A stretch of 64,000 bases of DNA from the human T2T-CHM13v2.0 reference genome, Homo sapiens (GCF_009914755.1 NC_060934.1); one strand, 5' to 3'; shown: positions 25,710 through 40,802, counted from the stretch's first letter. Notes: generated from the letters alone by a model not told the origin. Made by a program: numbers and translations.

Positions 25710-27416
25710 AAAAAAAGCCATGGCCAAGAGGACTCTATGGCACAATTGATAGCACATTGGACTTCTAGCCCCACCCCCCCCAAAAAAAGCCATGGCTAAG
25801 CAGCAAATTTCTATTAACTGTATCTTTATAAGCAAGATCAAGTATAAATAATATCCTATCATATACACTGGGTTTCAGAAAGAACCCAGTCTCTGATTAT
25901 TTGGAAGGAAGTTAGTTCAAACTTAAACTGACAAATGATTTGTGGCATAGAAAATCTAATAGCCATATAGTTAGATCTCTTGTATCTGGCGAGGGAAATT
26001 TGCTGTATTTACTACCTATGAGTGGGATATGATTTAAACCTGCTTTGGGACAGAATCTGGATTCTGAAGGCTATATTATTTGTGAAATAATAAGGATTTA
26101 TTACTTGTGAAAGGCTTTATCTGAGAACCTGATTCAAGCATGGGGAGGGATGGAGTTCAGGTGTGTGAGGGAGTCCTGGCTTCACATTTAAGGTCATTGA
26201 CATAGCTGTGTCGATAAGGTCCACTTTTTCAATAGGATTGCCTCTTCAAAGGGGAGTCAGAAATAAGGCAGATGGAGGTACTCAGAGGTTTTCACAACAC
26301 ACTAAGCAAAATAGAAATATTTGTTTGAGAGAGATGACAGTTCCTACATTTTCATATCTTAATCTAAAGCTGGAAAAAAGTCAGATATTATGTTATCGGA
26401 CTTGAAAATGACTATAGCTAATCTTTGTTTTGGTCTTTTCATAAATGCAGCTGTGAGTGTAGACAACAGTCATTCTCAACCTGGATCTGTGAATTTCTGA
26501 AAATAGTAATTCCCTCTTGGAAAGACATCCCACAAACAGGAGATTAGTGTATTTGTAAGTGACTGGGCAGAAGCAGGTCGGTATTTCAGGTTCATTCAGT
26601 GATACAGATAGCAATTGTAGCACTCTTATCACACCAAGGTCACTACAGCTTGAAATCAATCATGGTGAGGATATTTATACCATGGAAATTGGTAAGTGGT
26701 ACAAATCTGGGCTTTTTTTTTTCTCCCTGAGGAGCTGGTTGTTAACCATTTTTTAACACACCTCTGAATATAAAGGCCTATTTCAAGGTTAACGATATAT
26801 AGACAGTGGGATCTCTTGAGACGTGTGCACAGCAGCTCCCAGGCTGTCTTATGAAGGATGGGAGGCTGGACAGTCACTGCTGGTCCTCATTCTTTAGGCT
26901 TTTAATCTCCAGACACCTCCAGCTGCCCTGGCCTTGCTGCTACATCACGTGGTTCATCTCATTATCCTCCCCTGGGATACTTTAATGACTTTTGATTTCA
27001 TGTTTCTTTTTCATTATTACTCATTCTGCTCATTGCTAAGGAATGAGGTCCTTAAAGCACCACTTTGGAATACAGAGCATATATCTTTTTCCATTACTTT
27101 CCTAATAACTAATTGCTAAACATGCTATTCAAGGCTCTTTGTTAACTGTCCCCAGTCCACCTTTCATTTTTACCTCTCTCCATGTATGCTTCCATCATTT
27201 TGGACCAATTCACTTCCAAAATTGCCTTTTTGAAAAAACTAGGAAGCATTTCCTTTAACTTATATATAGAATTTCCTTTTTAGCATGATCAAAAAAATAA
27301 AGAAGGTATGGTTAAAAAATTCTGCAGTACATACTAACAAAGACAAACTAGGCAACATTTTCATTACATAAAACTGAAACAGTCAACATTAATTATTTTA
27401 TGCCAAATTCCTTTTA

Positions 27417-27703
27417 TTTTTATTTATTTTTTTGAGATGAATTCTTGCTCTGTCACCCAGGCTGGAGCGCAGCAGCACACAATCTCAGCTCACTGCAACC
27501 TCCGCCTCTCAGGTTCAAGCAAGTTCCCAAGTAGCTGGGATGACAGGTGCGCACCTCCACACCTGGCTAATTTTTGTATTTTTAGCAGAGACAGGGTTTT
27601 ACCATGTTGGCCAGAGGGGTCTTGAGCTCCTGATCTCAGGTGATCTGCCCACCTCAGCCTTCCAAAGTGCTGAGATTACAGGCACGAGCCACCATGCCCA
27701 GCC
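27417..27703 (-). mobile_element. AluS
   Basis: Reverse-complement Alu; TSD ccaaattcctttta on both sides. Confidence 0.9.
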
Positions 27704-28946
27704 ACCAAATTCCTTTTAAATTCTACCTATATTACATAGTCCTAGAAATCTGTGGATCCCTTTTTCCCCCCTCACTCATATATCACTAAGTCAAATCATT
27801 AATTCACAATGTTGTATCCCTTGATAATACAAAGGGTTGTCAAAAGTAGGAAATTATCTGGGTCAGATGATGACCAAAAGACGTTGAATACATATGGCCT
27901 TCGGCAGTTTTCTCATCTAGTCCTTCTGTTCCCTGATTCAATGCTCCCTGTTCTGCGAAGTCTTGCTTTTTATGACTGTGGCAAGAACACACTTGACACA
28001 TGTAATCTCAGGGTCTTTGCTCATGCTGTGTTCCCCTTCTGAGATGCTTTCTCCCTACAACCACTCACAGTCATACCTATCTCAGGATCCTACTTATCTC
28101 CCTTAGGAAACTTTCTCTTATCACCTTAGCAAGAAACACTCTCTCTTTTTAACTGTTTCATTATTTTGTACCCTCTTAAAGCTCTTCTCATCTGCTGCTT
28201 ATATTACAGTTCATTGTTGGATGTTTTATCTCCACAATTACATTGCTCCTTAAAGGCATGCGTTATGCCCATATAGTAACAATATGTCATTTATAACTAA
28301 TATTTAGTGGCTGCTACTAGATGCTATTCACACCATTAACTGATTTATACATATTATCTAGCTGAACCTCCAAAACCCAACTTTAAAGGAAAAAGCTATT
28401 ATTAGGTATTATTATACATGTTTTACCACTGAGAAAACTGAGACTCCAGAAAGTTGATTAACTGGGTAAGGTTACACATCCAGCCAGTGTTAGAGCTAGA
28501 ATTTGATTTAATTCGGGCCCGTGAGAGCAGGATCTTTGTTTAATTCAGTGCTGTATCCTCAACATCTAGCATAGTGCCAGGCACATGGAAGTCACTCAAC
28601 ACATACTTGCTGGGTATATGGATAACAATCTCTTGAATATCATATAATCAGCACATATTCTACCATCAGCATCATCAGTCACAGATTGGAAGAGAGTAAG
28701 GAAATATAACTAAATGCAACATGGGATCCCAGATTGAATCATGGGACTAGAAATAAGAACTGTAGAGGGACAAATGGTGAAATTCGATAGAATTTCGAAT
28801 AGGTCCATTGATTCATTAATAGCTCATTGTACTATGTTTACATAAGATGTTTATCATGAGGGGGAGCTGGGGGAAGAGTTTATAAGGGTCTACTATTTTT
28901 TTGCAACTTTTCTGTGAGTCCAAAAGTATTTCCAAGAAAACATTGA

Positions 28947-29288
<342 letters not shown>

Positions 29289-29900
29289 TTCACTAAATCT
29301 TTTTAAAGATAGATCCTTAATAATCTACCCAATATTACAGAGCACTGTGTAAAGGCAGGAAATCTAGATCTGGGATGATAGTATCAGAGAAGTGTAGAAT
29401 TAAAAAGACCCTGGGAGGAGTAATCCATGCACCTTTGTCACTTCTTGATAAGGAAGGCAAGACCCAGAGAGGTGGAATTACTAAAATCACACGTGGGAGA
29501 ACTGGTTCTAGAACTCAGGCCTTTTCACTTTCCACTCATTTTCATTTCTACTTGACAACACTCCTCAATTGAAGTCCAAGAGCTCTCCCAGTTGAATTAC
29601 TTCAATTTGATCTACATGCATGAGATATTTTTACCCAAAATTTAATATTCTAATTTCTAATGTGTTTATCATGAAACTATGAATATCTTAGTCAATAAAA
29701 ACATAATGCTTGGCTTTTCACACAAAACTTGAGTAGCAGTTTGAGAAGTAAAAATAAACTTTGACTATAATGTTTGAACCTAGTTCAACTGAACTTCAAA
29801 TTAACAATTTCAAGGAGCTTAAAGTTTAATTGAAATGCAGTATTCCCTTTGGATAAAGCCTCCTTCCATGCGCAGGTTCTGTGTTACTTGTTTGCTTATA

Positions 29901-29902
<2 letters not shown>

Positions 29903-29941
<39 letters not shown>
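29903..29941. repeat. Perfect (AC)19 microsatellite
   Basis: Uninterrupted AC run. Confidence 0.95.
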
Positions 29942-29944
<3 letters not shown>

Positions 29945-30845
29945 CACTCATTGAAAAGATAATGGGTTATTTTATTTCATTGAGTGTAATTGTCTGAAAT
30001 GGCTTCATGATATAATTATATAGTAGGGGCCCGGATGAGACAATGATAGTCTTGGCCTTCTGCCCATGTTTTCCTCCAGTTTTTCTTGCCTGTAGGATTT
30101 CTGCCCCTCAACAAAATCTGTACCGCCCCTCCTCCACCTTCCAATGCCTGAGCTATGCATTTAACAGATGGTATTGTTATACAATCACGTTTAATGGGAT
30201 TAGAGGAGATCACTGGATTTCAAGATTCCTGACTATCACGGCTGTTTCTCCTCTAAAATGCTTTCACTCAATTAATGTATGCAAGACACTCCTCTGGTCA
30301 ATCCTACTTTCCCAATGAACCCCAACATACAGACCTGAACACATCTACATTTTGAATCAGAAAATGAATTTTGATGCTAGAAATGAAAGTACTTATGACT
30401 CTATGTAGTGTGTGTGCCAGTGACAATATTTGTTGTAAAAAGCCTAAAAACGTATTGGGTGGTTGAGGTGGATGTTAGGAAAATTATTCCACACATTATT
30501 TCTGCAATCAAATCTGTATATTATATAACAAAATCCCCCAATCTGTCCATGAGACTATCCTTTTCTTGGGTACACTGCATTCAAATCTGAGTCATCTTTT
30601 ACACCCACCTCTTCCTTACCTCCTGCCACCTCCTCTCCCTTCCATCACTGCTAGTTGTTACCAAGCCTTGTCTATTTTTCATTTACACTGTTGTGTTAGT
30701 TCCTTCCTTTCAATTTCCACTGTCATTACCATACTTCAGGCCAAATTTAAATGAATTTAAATATTTTTAAATGGCTAAGGGGCAGCGAGGGAGCAGCGTG
30801 TTCCTTTTCTGGTAACCAGTAAGGCACAATAGTGAAAAATGAAAG

Positions 30846-31132
30846 AGGTCGGCCACGGTGGCTCACACCTGTAATACCAGCACTTTGGAAGGTCAAGGCG
30901 GGTGGATCACTTGAGGTCAGCAGTTCGAGACCAGCCTGGCCAACATGGTGAAACCCCATCTCTATGAAAAATACAAAAATTAGCTGGGCGTGGTGGCACA
31001 CGCCCATAATCCCAGTTACTTGGGAGTCTGAGGCAGGAGAATCCCTTGAACCTGGGCGGCGGAGTTTGCAGTGATCCGAGATTGTGACGCTGCACTCCAA
31101 CCTGGGCGATAGAGTGAGACTCTGTCTCTAAA
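30846..31132 (+). mobile_element. AluS lacking a poly-A tail
   Basis: Full dimer ending ctgtctctaaatcag. Confidence 0.88.
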
Positions 31133-31487
31133 TCAGATTTTAAACAGAGGCTGTCCCTCTCCAGCATCCTAGAATGCAGTTTTTCAAAATCTTATGTGGC
31201 TCCACATGACTGTCAGGTGAAGTAGCTCATATTCTGTTCATGATCAGCAAATTGGTTTCCTTTTCTATTCTGAGCCATTTGACAGCATTTTGTAAAAATC
31301 CTCTCCCGCCCTAGAAAGTGCAGGCACACACAACCCAGTGAAGTAGGTATTATCAGCCCCATCATACCAGATAAAGAAATAAAAGCTGAAAGTAAATCAC
31401 TGTTCAATTGTTACATTAATAGTATTCAATGGGAATCTGAACTCAGGTAATCCGATTTTCCTTCCCCTGTTCTCACAGACTCTTTAA

Positions 31488-31778
31488 ATTTTTTTTTTTT
31501 TTTTTTGTTTTTGAGACAGGGTCTCACTCCTGTTGTCCAGGCTGGAGTGCAGTGGTGAGATCTTAGCTCACTATAGCCTAGACTTCCCAGGCTCAGATGA
31601 TTCTCCCACTTCAGACTCCCAAGTAGCTGGAACTGCAGGCATACTGCAGCATGCCTGGCCAATTTTTTGTATTTTTAGTAGAGAAAGAGGTTTGCACATT
31701 TCCTAGGTTGGTTTCAAACTCCTGCCCTGGCCTGCCAAAGTATTGGGATTACAGGCATGAGCTACCGTGCCCATCGGC
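31488..31778 (-). mobile_element. AluJ
   Basis: Diverged reverse-complement Alu. Confidence 0.85.
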
Positions 31779-32760
31779 TAACTTTAAAAGTTTTTTTTTT
31801 TTAAATTGGCTTGATGTTTTCCAAAAAGAAGTGAGGTGTCATCCAATCCTACCCTATAAACTCTGTGTACATACATATATAGTACATATAAAAAATACAT
31901 ACATAGATGTTTGAGTATATATATCTGTGAATGAGAGAGATTCCACGATAATATTCTACAATAAGCACTGTATTTACCTTCTATGCAGTGGCTGGCATGC
32001 TTTGGGCTCTTAATTATTAGCACTAATAATTAGTATAATTGAAAAAACATTACCAATATAACAGACTCTATGCCTGCACTTTGCTAACATTCCTTCCTCC
32101 AAAGACTAAAAAACTAGTCCTGATTATATACAAAACATCTGTAGCATGCAGAACAGATCGTTTGACAATGAATAAATATAAACCAAACCACCTCTTATAT
32201 GTCTGTGTTTTCGGTTATTTGAGGTGCCGTGTTAATTTATTTTGAGTCAGTTTGGAAGATGAAACAGCTATAATGCACAAAAAGTACACATAAAACATCA
32301 CAATCAGCCCTCCTCTGTCTGTGAAAGGCAGCCAGGTTGTGTTAAGAATACGTAAGAGTGTTTGCTACTATCTATGATTGGGGCAATGTGTATGCCCTGC
32401 CATTATTAAAGGTAGATTTCTTAATAGGCTGCACAGAAAAGGGTTTACATCAGACAGTGAAAACCAGGGGAAGCCAACACTGCCCACTCTTTTAGACAGA
32501 GCTGCTAAGCATTTTGTCACCTGAAATGAGGAGAAAGCGTTTATCTCAAGAATGGGAAAACCAACCCCATCATAACCCCATCAGAAAGCATTGCTGTTGA
32601 TAAGTGTGGCTTCTCAGGGGTGTTCCATTCCCTAATCATGCCAAGTAGTTTGACTTGTTTCCATTTAGCATTTTAAATGTTTGTTTTTGCATTTGTTTTC
32701 TCATAAATTCTGCAGGTAACCAGGTAAAGTGACAAATTTTGGAATTTTGTTTCTGATCTA

Positions 32761-33128
<368 letters not shown>

Positions 33129-33379
33129 GTTGCCCCTGCCCCTTCCTGAGTGGGATGTGCCCAAGCATCACCATGGCAGGAACCACACAGAGGCAATGTT
33201 GGAGAGAACAGCGGCTGGTGGGTTTGACACCCTTGTAAAGAATAAATGAAATGCTAGGGCTTAGCAAACCAGTTCTTGGCAAAAGAGAAAAGGCGCATCT
33301 GACTCCTGTAGACCTGGAAGTGAGCCGCCAAGATTCTAGGGTGGTTTTGCTCAAAGTGGGGTGCTGCGTAAAGGCACAG

Positions 33380-33850
33380 ATCTCTCATCCCCATCTCAGA
33401 GTCAGTCATCACAGTATCTGAAGGGGTGCTGTGCATTCAGCTTTATTAACAAGCCCTACAGATAACATGCATGCACACTGAGTCTCAGAGCCTCAGTGGA
33501 AAAGCTCAGCACTCTACAGCTCATTGCATGGTGTGGTGTGAAGGCCAGCAGTAAGGGCCGCACCTTAAGTGAGGAATCTCACCCCACCCGCTTGATCTCT
33601 GCATCAGGATCTGCAATTGATAAACACACCCAGGTGATCTGTTTGCACAGTCAGCAGGGAAACACTGCTCTAGAGGACTCATTCCCAAAGTACTGCACAC
33701 CAGAATCACCAGGGTCACTTAAACATGTCACTATAGTCTGTGCTCCAGCCCAGAGTGGCTAATTTAATTGGTTTGGAGGGTGGCCTGAACATTCGGATTT
33801 TTTAAAGCTTTCCACGTGATTTTAATATGCAACCAAGGTTGCGAACCCCT
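33380..33850. mobile_element. Cluster of MER5-type MITE fragments
   Basis: Repeated motifs ttaacaagcc, ccaggtgat, cagaatcacc, aaggttgcgaacc; boundaries approximate. Confidence 0.5.
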
Positions 33851-33937
33851 GTTTATAAAGGATGATGAGATAGATTTCAGAGGGAGGAAGTCAATTTGTT
33901 GAATAGATTGTGAAGCTCAGAAGGCACAGTAATCTGT

Positions 33938-34385
33938 GTTGTAGCAAACCCTTATCAACTCCATTGGGGATGGCAGCATGTTCAAGAGGCTGAAAAACAG
34001 CCAGCAAGTGAGACATGAGGTTTCATTGAGGACCTACGTACAGGGCAGAGAGTCCGGGGGTAGAGGGCTGGGCAAGAGAACTGCAACCGCTTGCAAAAGG
34101 CATGCAGTTTATAAAGCATCTTCACTTAGTACTCTCCCACTGACAACCTCCACCTGGCAACCTTCATTTAATCCAAAAACAAAGGGCCTCAATCCCCTCT
34201 ACGGCCCGTGTTCCACGGGACCGACCTGGGTGTCAGGTCTTCCTCATAGACAAGGAATGGATCTCTGGGCTGGCCACTCCCAGATTCCGTAGCTCAGATT
34301 TCCCAGCCACATTGGGGTGTGTGTGCCACCCAGGGTCATTTTGGGGTATGCTGATGTTATCGCTCTCAGGTGTATTTACTTCATA
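33938..34385 (-). mobile_element. ERV solo LTR (possibly LTR47-like)
   Basis: Minus strand begins ..aaatacacctgagagcgataac, carries a TATAAA (tttata at about 34108 on +) and ends ..ctacaaca; family uncertain. Confidence 0.5.
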
Positions 34386-34990
34386 ATTTGAAAGGCAAAG
34401 TGCTTTTGATTGGAAAAAGCAGGACCCCAGAGTGAAAGAAATTGTTTATCTTTTTAAGTTCCAAAAAGCACTGGTTTGGAAAAATCACAAAACAAGTCAT
34501 GGAGGCCTAGAACGTAGCATTTATTGACTGAACTATAGGGTTTAGAAAGCATGCCATCCAACTACCTTTAGGGGAAAGAGGGCTTTTGTTACTTCCCAGG
34601 CAAAACATCACAAGACTGCAGCTCAATCAGGGGCTGGAGCAATGAGATGCCTGGGTGGAAACTGGCAACAGCTAAGGAAAATCTAGGTAGATAAGCCTGA
34701 GGGCAATCACAGAAACCTGAATACCCAGCCTGTGCGTGTCTGAGTCCTAACAGTGGCTCAGAAGCATTTGCTAAAAGGGGACTGAAAGAGGCTAACAGAG
34801 GACGAAGAGGGCCCAGGACACAGGGAAATTTTGAGCAGAGGTCACTACACAGACAATGGAACGAGCCACAGAAGCTTGAGCAATGCCCCAAAGGCCACAA
34901 GGGACTGAGCTACCCTTTAGTCTGAAGCCAATAATAGCAGATGATGGGTGTGAGCCAGATATCTCTTCCCAGTCGCTGGACAACAGGTAA

Positions 34991-35221
<231 letters not shown>

Positions 35222-35832
35222 TAAATACTTACCTAAATAAGACTAAATCTAAACATAGAAGTGATTGCAAGATCATCATTTTCTACCATGGTGGAAATGG
35301 AGGCTTTGAAAGCTAAATGGAATTCATTTCTAGAAAAATGAAGAAAGTTACATGTCTGATTCCTGAATTTGGCCTGCAGCTTTCAATCAACTGTAATAAG
35401 AGAATCTAGTCGCCTGCCTCTAAGGCAGTTTCTTCTCTGTAGGTCCTGGGATCTTGCTATGAAGTTAAAAAGGCTTCTTTGAATGGCATTCTTTTTGCTA
35501 GAGGATGAGGATCAGGGAAAAATGTTATAGAATCATGAATCACAAGATATCCATATTCCTATTTGAGAGACAGAATTGGGGCCAGAACCCAGGTCTACCA
35601 AGATGCATGGATGAACTCTGAAAGCCTCAAGACTCTTGAGGGATAAATTCAACCAAGCAGCATTGACGGGCCTGCCTTAGTAAAGAACATTTACTTCAGA
35701 GACAAGACGCACAGCACTGACATGTCTGATTATTATAATTTGCATCAGACTCAGCAAAGTTGTTGACTAGCACATGGCCTCAAGTGAATATTTCTGATTA
35801 AGGGAAGAAAAAGACATAATTAAGAGGTAATC

Positions 35833-36146
<314 letters not shown>

Positions 36147-37276
36147 TTACTAACATTGCACAGACTTTAGCTTCCTTTTCCCTTCCTGCTGCTTTTAAAT
36201 TTTTTCTCCCTGAAGGGAGTATTCCTGGGGAGAAAAGTTGACTCATGCCTCTGTCCTTCCTGGCTCTCATTTGGGACGTGTTTAGCCTTGGAAGGAAGTC
36301 AAAGGACTGGCTATGTGATGGATACATCCTCTATTTCCTTTGCCTCATCAAAGGCACAGCCTTTCTGTCAATTTTCCTGGTACTAAGGGTGGGAAGGAGA
36401 CCTATGACTACCATAATAAATAGCAGTAACTTTCTAATTGTTTACCTAAAATGCAACCCAGGAGTTGAATTTCATTAATCACCCTGACATTTTTGGGGTA
36501 GGAATTACATAAGGGACCTAGATTTTTGAATTATTTTAAATTTGGATATATTATGTATACAAACCTCTCCCCAGTAATAACAACTAACCACCATTGATTA
36601 GCATAATGTAACCTAAGAAAATAAATTTAACTAGATGTTCTTGAAATTGCCACAGGTAGGAAGCATTAGTATACGATATAATACCAAATCCACTTTGAGC
36701 CCACTATGACGTCTCCATTAGTGTCATAAAAGGTTTATGGCAAATTTATAAGAATATGTTGCGGTATCCTTTTTGTCTAATCCCAGAGGAGAGAAGAAAG
36801 CCAAAGGCCTGAAATTAATGATGTATATTTAGGCAGTCAGCTTACTGGATGCTGCCCCAAACCAAAAAATAGCTCTACATATGGAAAATTCCCAATCAGG
36901 GGAGGGGCTAGTGGAAAGAGACAAGGTTTTTATAAGTAGTTGAAGCTGTCATTTAACTATTAATGACTTCTAAGTATTTATTGAAACCATCTTAAACGTA
37001 AAAGTGAAAATCAAACCCTAAAACAAAGAAGTCTGATGTTCTCTGCTAAAAAACCTGGACAGTGAAATAATCTTTTAAGACAAATCAATGTCTTCATATA
37101 GCATGCACAATACATAAATTACCTGTGCCTCATGGCTTTCCATGTGCCTTCAATGTGAATTAGGTAAATCAAGAATAGTTATGGTTCCTATCATGAACCA
37201 GTTCTTTTTTTCTCCACTTTAAAATGTTCAGTCTATCTTTGGAAAACCACAAAATATGGCTGGAAGAGATACATAT

Positions 37277-37565
37277 ATTTTTTGAGACAGTCTCACTCTG
37301 TCGCCCAGGTTAGAGCTCAGTGGCTCGATCTTGGCTCAGTGCAGCCTCCGCCTCCCGGGTTCAGGTGATTCTTGTGCCTCAGCCTCTAGAGTAACTGGGA
37401 CTACAGGCATGCATCACCATGCCCAGCTAATTTTTGTATTATTAGTAGAGACGGGGTTTTACCATGTTGGCCAGGCTGGTCTCGAACTCCTGACCTCAAC
37501 TGATCCACCCACCTCGGCCTCCTAAATACTGATGAGATTACAGGCATGAGCCACCATGATGGGCC
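37277..37565 (-). mobile_element. AluS
   Basis: Reverse-complement Alu dimer. Confidence 0.9.
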
Positions 37566-38013
37566 AAGCTGGAAAATATTTATGCTTTAAAAACATGAGC
37601 TTCATGACAGACACGTTGAGGTTCATGCTATAATAGGAGCTATGAGCTCAAAAGGGTTAAAATAATTTGCGCCAGAAAGGATGCAAGCTGTCTATGTCAG
37701 TGCAAGCCGCGGTATTGAGGAGTTTCAAATGAAAACTTGGGTTGTGAAGTTGACAAGTTTTATGTACAATGCAGATTGTTAAGCCATTCTGCCTTTCTAT
37801 CATTGTCTCTTGACAGGAGAAGGAAGCGTGTGTTTGTCTTTCTTCAAGTTCTCATGAAAGTCGCTCTGGAATCGTACATTAAAAAAGCCTGTGGCATGCT
37901 TAAGCTTCAGCCTCATCTGTAGAAGAAAACTGCCTTTGCATGATGCATTTTTCAGAAAATGGACTCTTTTTCAGGACGTAGACTCTCACGTGGGAAAAGA
38001 AAGAAAACCTTAC

Positions 38014-38205
38014 CTGGGTAATCATTCTTGTCTATGTCTGAATCTCCTCTTAAAGTAAAGCCAAATCCGGAAGGGACAGCATGTGAGGCCCACACTCCTT
38101 GCAGAACTTGGGAAGGCTTGGTGTTTAAGCCATCTTTGTTCCCATTATAAATGAGCACTTTGCCTCTTTGATCCTTGCCTGCAAAAGGCACTCCGATGGC
38201 AATGT
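38014..38205 (-). CDS. ITGA8: ITGA8 coding exon (exon 13): (D)IAIGVPFAGKDQRGKVLIYNGNKDGLNTKPSQVLQGVWASHAVPSGFGFTLRGDSDIDKNDYP(D)
   Basis: 192 nt, tag|AC ... G|gtaag; phase 1-1; FG-GAP repeat with the Ca2+ loop DIDKNDYPD. Confidence 0.97.
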
Positions 38206-38246
38206 CTAAAAACAGACATAAAACATGTTTTATGTGTATATGTATT

Positions 38247-38414
38247 TAATTCTTCATTTGTTCATTTTAGAGACAGGACCTTACTCTGTCACCCAAGCTG
38301 GAGTGCAGTGGTGGGATCATGGCTCACCGCAGCCCCACACTCCTGGACTCAAGTGATCCTCCTGCCTCAACTTCTCTAGGAGCTGGGACTACAGGTGCAT
38401 ACCACCATGTCAGG

Positions 38415-38454
<40 letters not shown>

Positions 38455-38584
38455 TTTTTTTTTTTTGAGCAATGGGTCCTTGCTTTGTTGCCCAGGATGG
38501 TCTGGAATTCCTGGCCTCAAGTGATCACCCCACCTCAGCCTCCCACACTGTTGGGATTAAAGGCATGAGCCACTGTGCTTGGCC
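38247..38584 (-). mobile_element. AluJ with a (TA)n expansion (38418-38450) in the central linker
   Basis: Diverged Alu; long TA run between the arms. Confidence 0.88.
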
Positions 38585-38767
38585 ATAGAGACGTTTCTTT
38601 TTTAAGTACAGAAGAATGGTTCAGAAATAGTTTAGTATACTCAAAAAGCAGTATCGAAACTCTAAAGGGCTTATAATGTTTTCCATGAAAATTCTGTAGT
38701 ACTGCTGCAATGACAAATTATTTGTTGCCTTTTATCCATCCAACAAATATTTATTAAGAGCCTCCAG

Positions 38768-39074
38768 GGCCTGGCGCGGTGGCTCACACCTGTAATCCCA
38801 GCACTTTGGGAGGCCGAGGCGGGCGGATCATGAGGTCAGGAGATCGAGACCATCCTGGCTAACACAGTAAAACCCCATCTCTACTAAAAATACAAAAAAT
38901 TAGCCTGGCGTAGTGGCGGGCGCCTGTAATCCCAGCTACTCGGGAGGCTGAGGCAGAGAATTGCTTGAACCTGGGAGGTGGAGGTTGTGGTGAGCAGTGA
39001 GTTGAGATCGCGCCACTGCACTCTAGCCTGGGTGACAGACTCTGTCTCAAAAAAAAAAAAAAAAAAAAAAAAAA
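38768..39074 (+). mobile_element. AluY/AluSc8-like with long poly-A
   Basis: gagatcgagaccatcctggctaacac; pure A tail of about 26 nt. Confidence 0.9.
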
Positions 39075-40802
39075 GATGATCTAAAAACTCAGATTTTTGT
39101 AGAAAATAAAGATATTGTCTTGTGTCAGGCGAAAAGGAACACTTTCGACACTTTCTTAACTTTCTCTAAGTCACTGCCTTGACTCCCATCCCCTTGTTTA
39201 CTCTCAGTGAATTTCACATGATTTTACCTACTTTGTATACTCAAGGACACCAAAGCTCAGAGAAGCTAGGACCTCCCTTTATGTCATTTAGAATGCTTCT
39301 TTTATCTTTTAAAAATACTATTAAAGGTTTGAGAGAAAAGACAAATAGAAGAAAATATGATTTTAAACGACAGCTCCATAGATAATTTAGCACTATTTAT
39401 TTTACTTGAGTGATCAGGAATAGAGCAGCTTTACAGAGTAGCAAGTCACTTAAAGGTAAGCTTGTCTTTTAAAAAATTTCCCTGGAACCATAAGCTTTTT
39501 ACATGTACTTTGTTTTATGATACTTTAAAATTTACTAACCATATGTTGCTGAGAACTTTTTTTCAAAGAATGTGTAAGAGAACAGAAACATTGGCCAAAT
39601 ATACTAATGAATACTAATCTGATGTGAATACTTCCAAGGCTACTTTGTTACAGCAAGTTCCTGTTACTTCCTTGAGTTCAATCAAGAAATTCACTATGCT
39701 CGGTTCTTAACTAAAGAACCTGAAGTGCATTTAAGAAAATGCATACATTTTCAGGTCCTGAAAATGTATGCAAACTTTTGTGTGAAGGTGTGTGTTTTTC
39801 TGAGGAGAGGGTACTTGGAGGGGTTTCATAAATTCTAACCTAAAGAACTACAAGCCTAACCTACGAGTTTAACACTACTTTGTTGCAAATATTGAAACTA
39901 AGGTGAAGCCTACGTGCCAATTAAAATTCAGTATAACCTGTACATAACCCATGTAGGCTGATCAGAAGTCAGGATACTTGCTAATATATCAACATGTATT
40001 TATTTGTCTTGACATATAGAAGGTTTCCTAGTTACCTTTAAGTCACCAAATCCAAACATCAATTTTAAAAATAATTCCTGCCTCTACTGAGAGCTATTAC
40101 AGGATAGCCAACATCAAATGTGAGAAAATTGCTTGGACGTCAGAGCAATGACGATTTTTGTATTAACTTTGGCTTTAAAGTTTTAATTCTTAAAACTGAA
40201 TAAGAAATATTTCTGCAAGTAAACAGCACTTATAAGTAGAGAAGTTTAAAGTTGAACATTTGAGATGTTATTTTGAAGTTTGCAGAAACCTAAATGTACT
40301 TATTTTTATTGTAACCTGGAGTGCCTGTGGCCTTCCAATGTCTCTTAAAATTCATTTAGAGGTTTTCAAAATGTAGTAACACCCTCAAACCATTACCTGG
40401 AGCTCTGAAGACTGAGCTCTGAGGTAGTATGGTTTTGACATTGCTTAATGAGGTTTTTCTGATGTTTCTGATAACCGAATGTGTCTTCTACAAGGAGATC
40501 AATTATACTAAATTTAGGATTGAAACAAATTATGTTACAGATTTTTCTCTGTGTTGCATTGTAATCTTGTGAGATTTGAAATAAAAATTTTCAGAAAGGT
40601 GAGAAGGGAAATTTCCATGTAATATTTATATTAGTCAAAATGTATAAACGTAAAGCTGCCTTGAGATTTGTGATAGTTTATTAAAAATCAGTAATAATAA
40701 CTGCACCCACACACACCATACTGAATACTTTAAAACAGGCATGGTCTCCTTTATGCAGTGGTGACGACACATAAATGACTTCCACGCTTTGGTTTAAATT
40801 AC

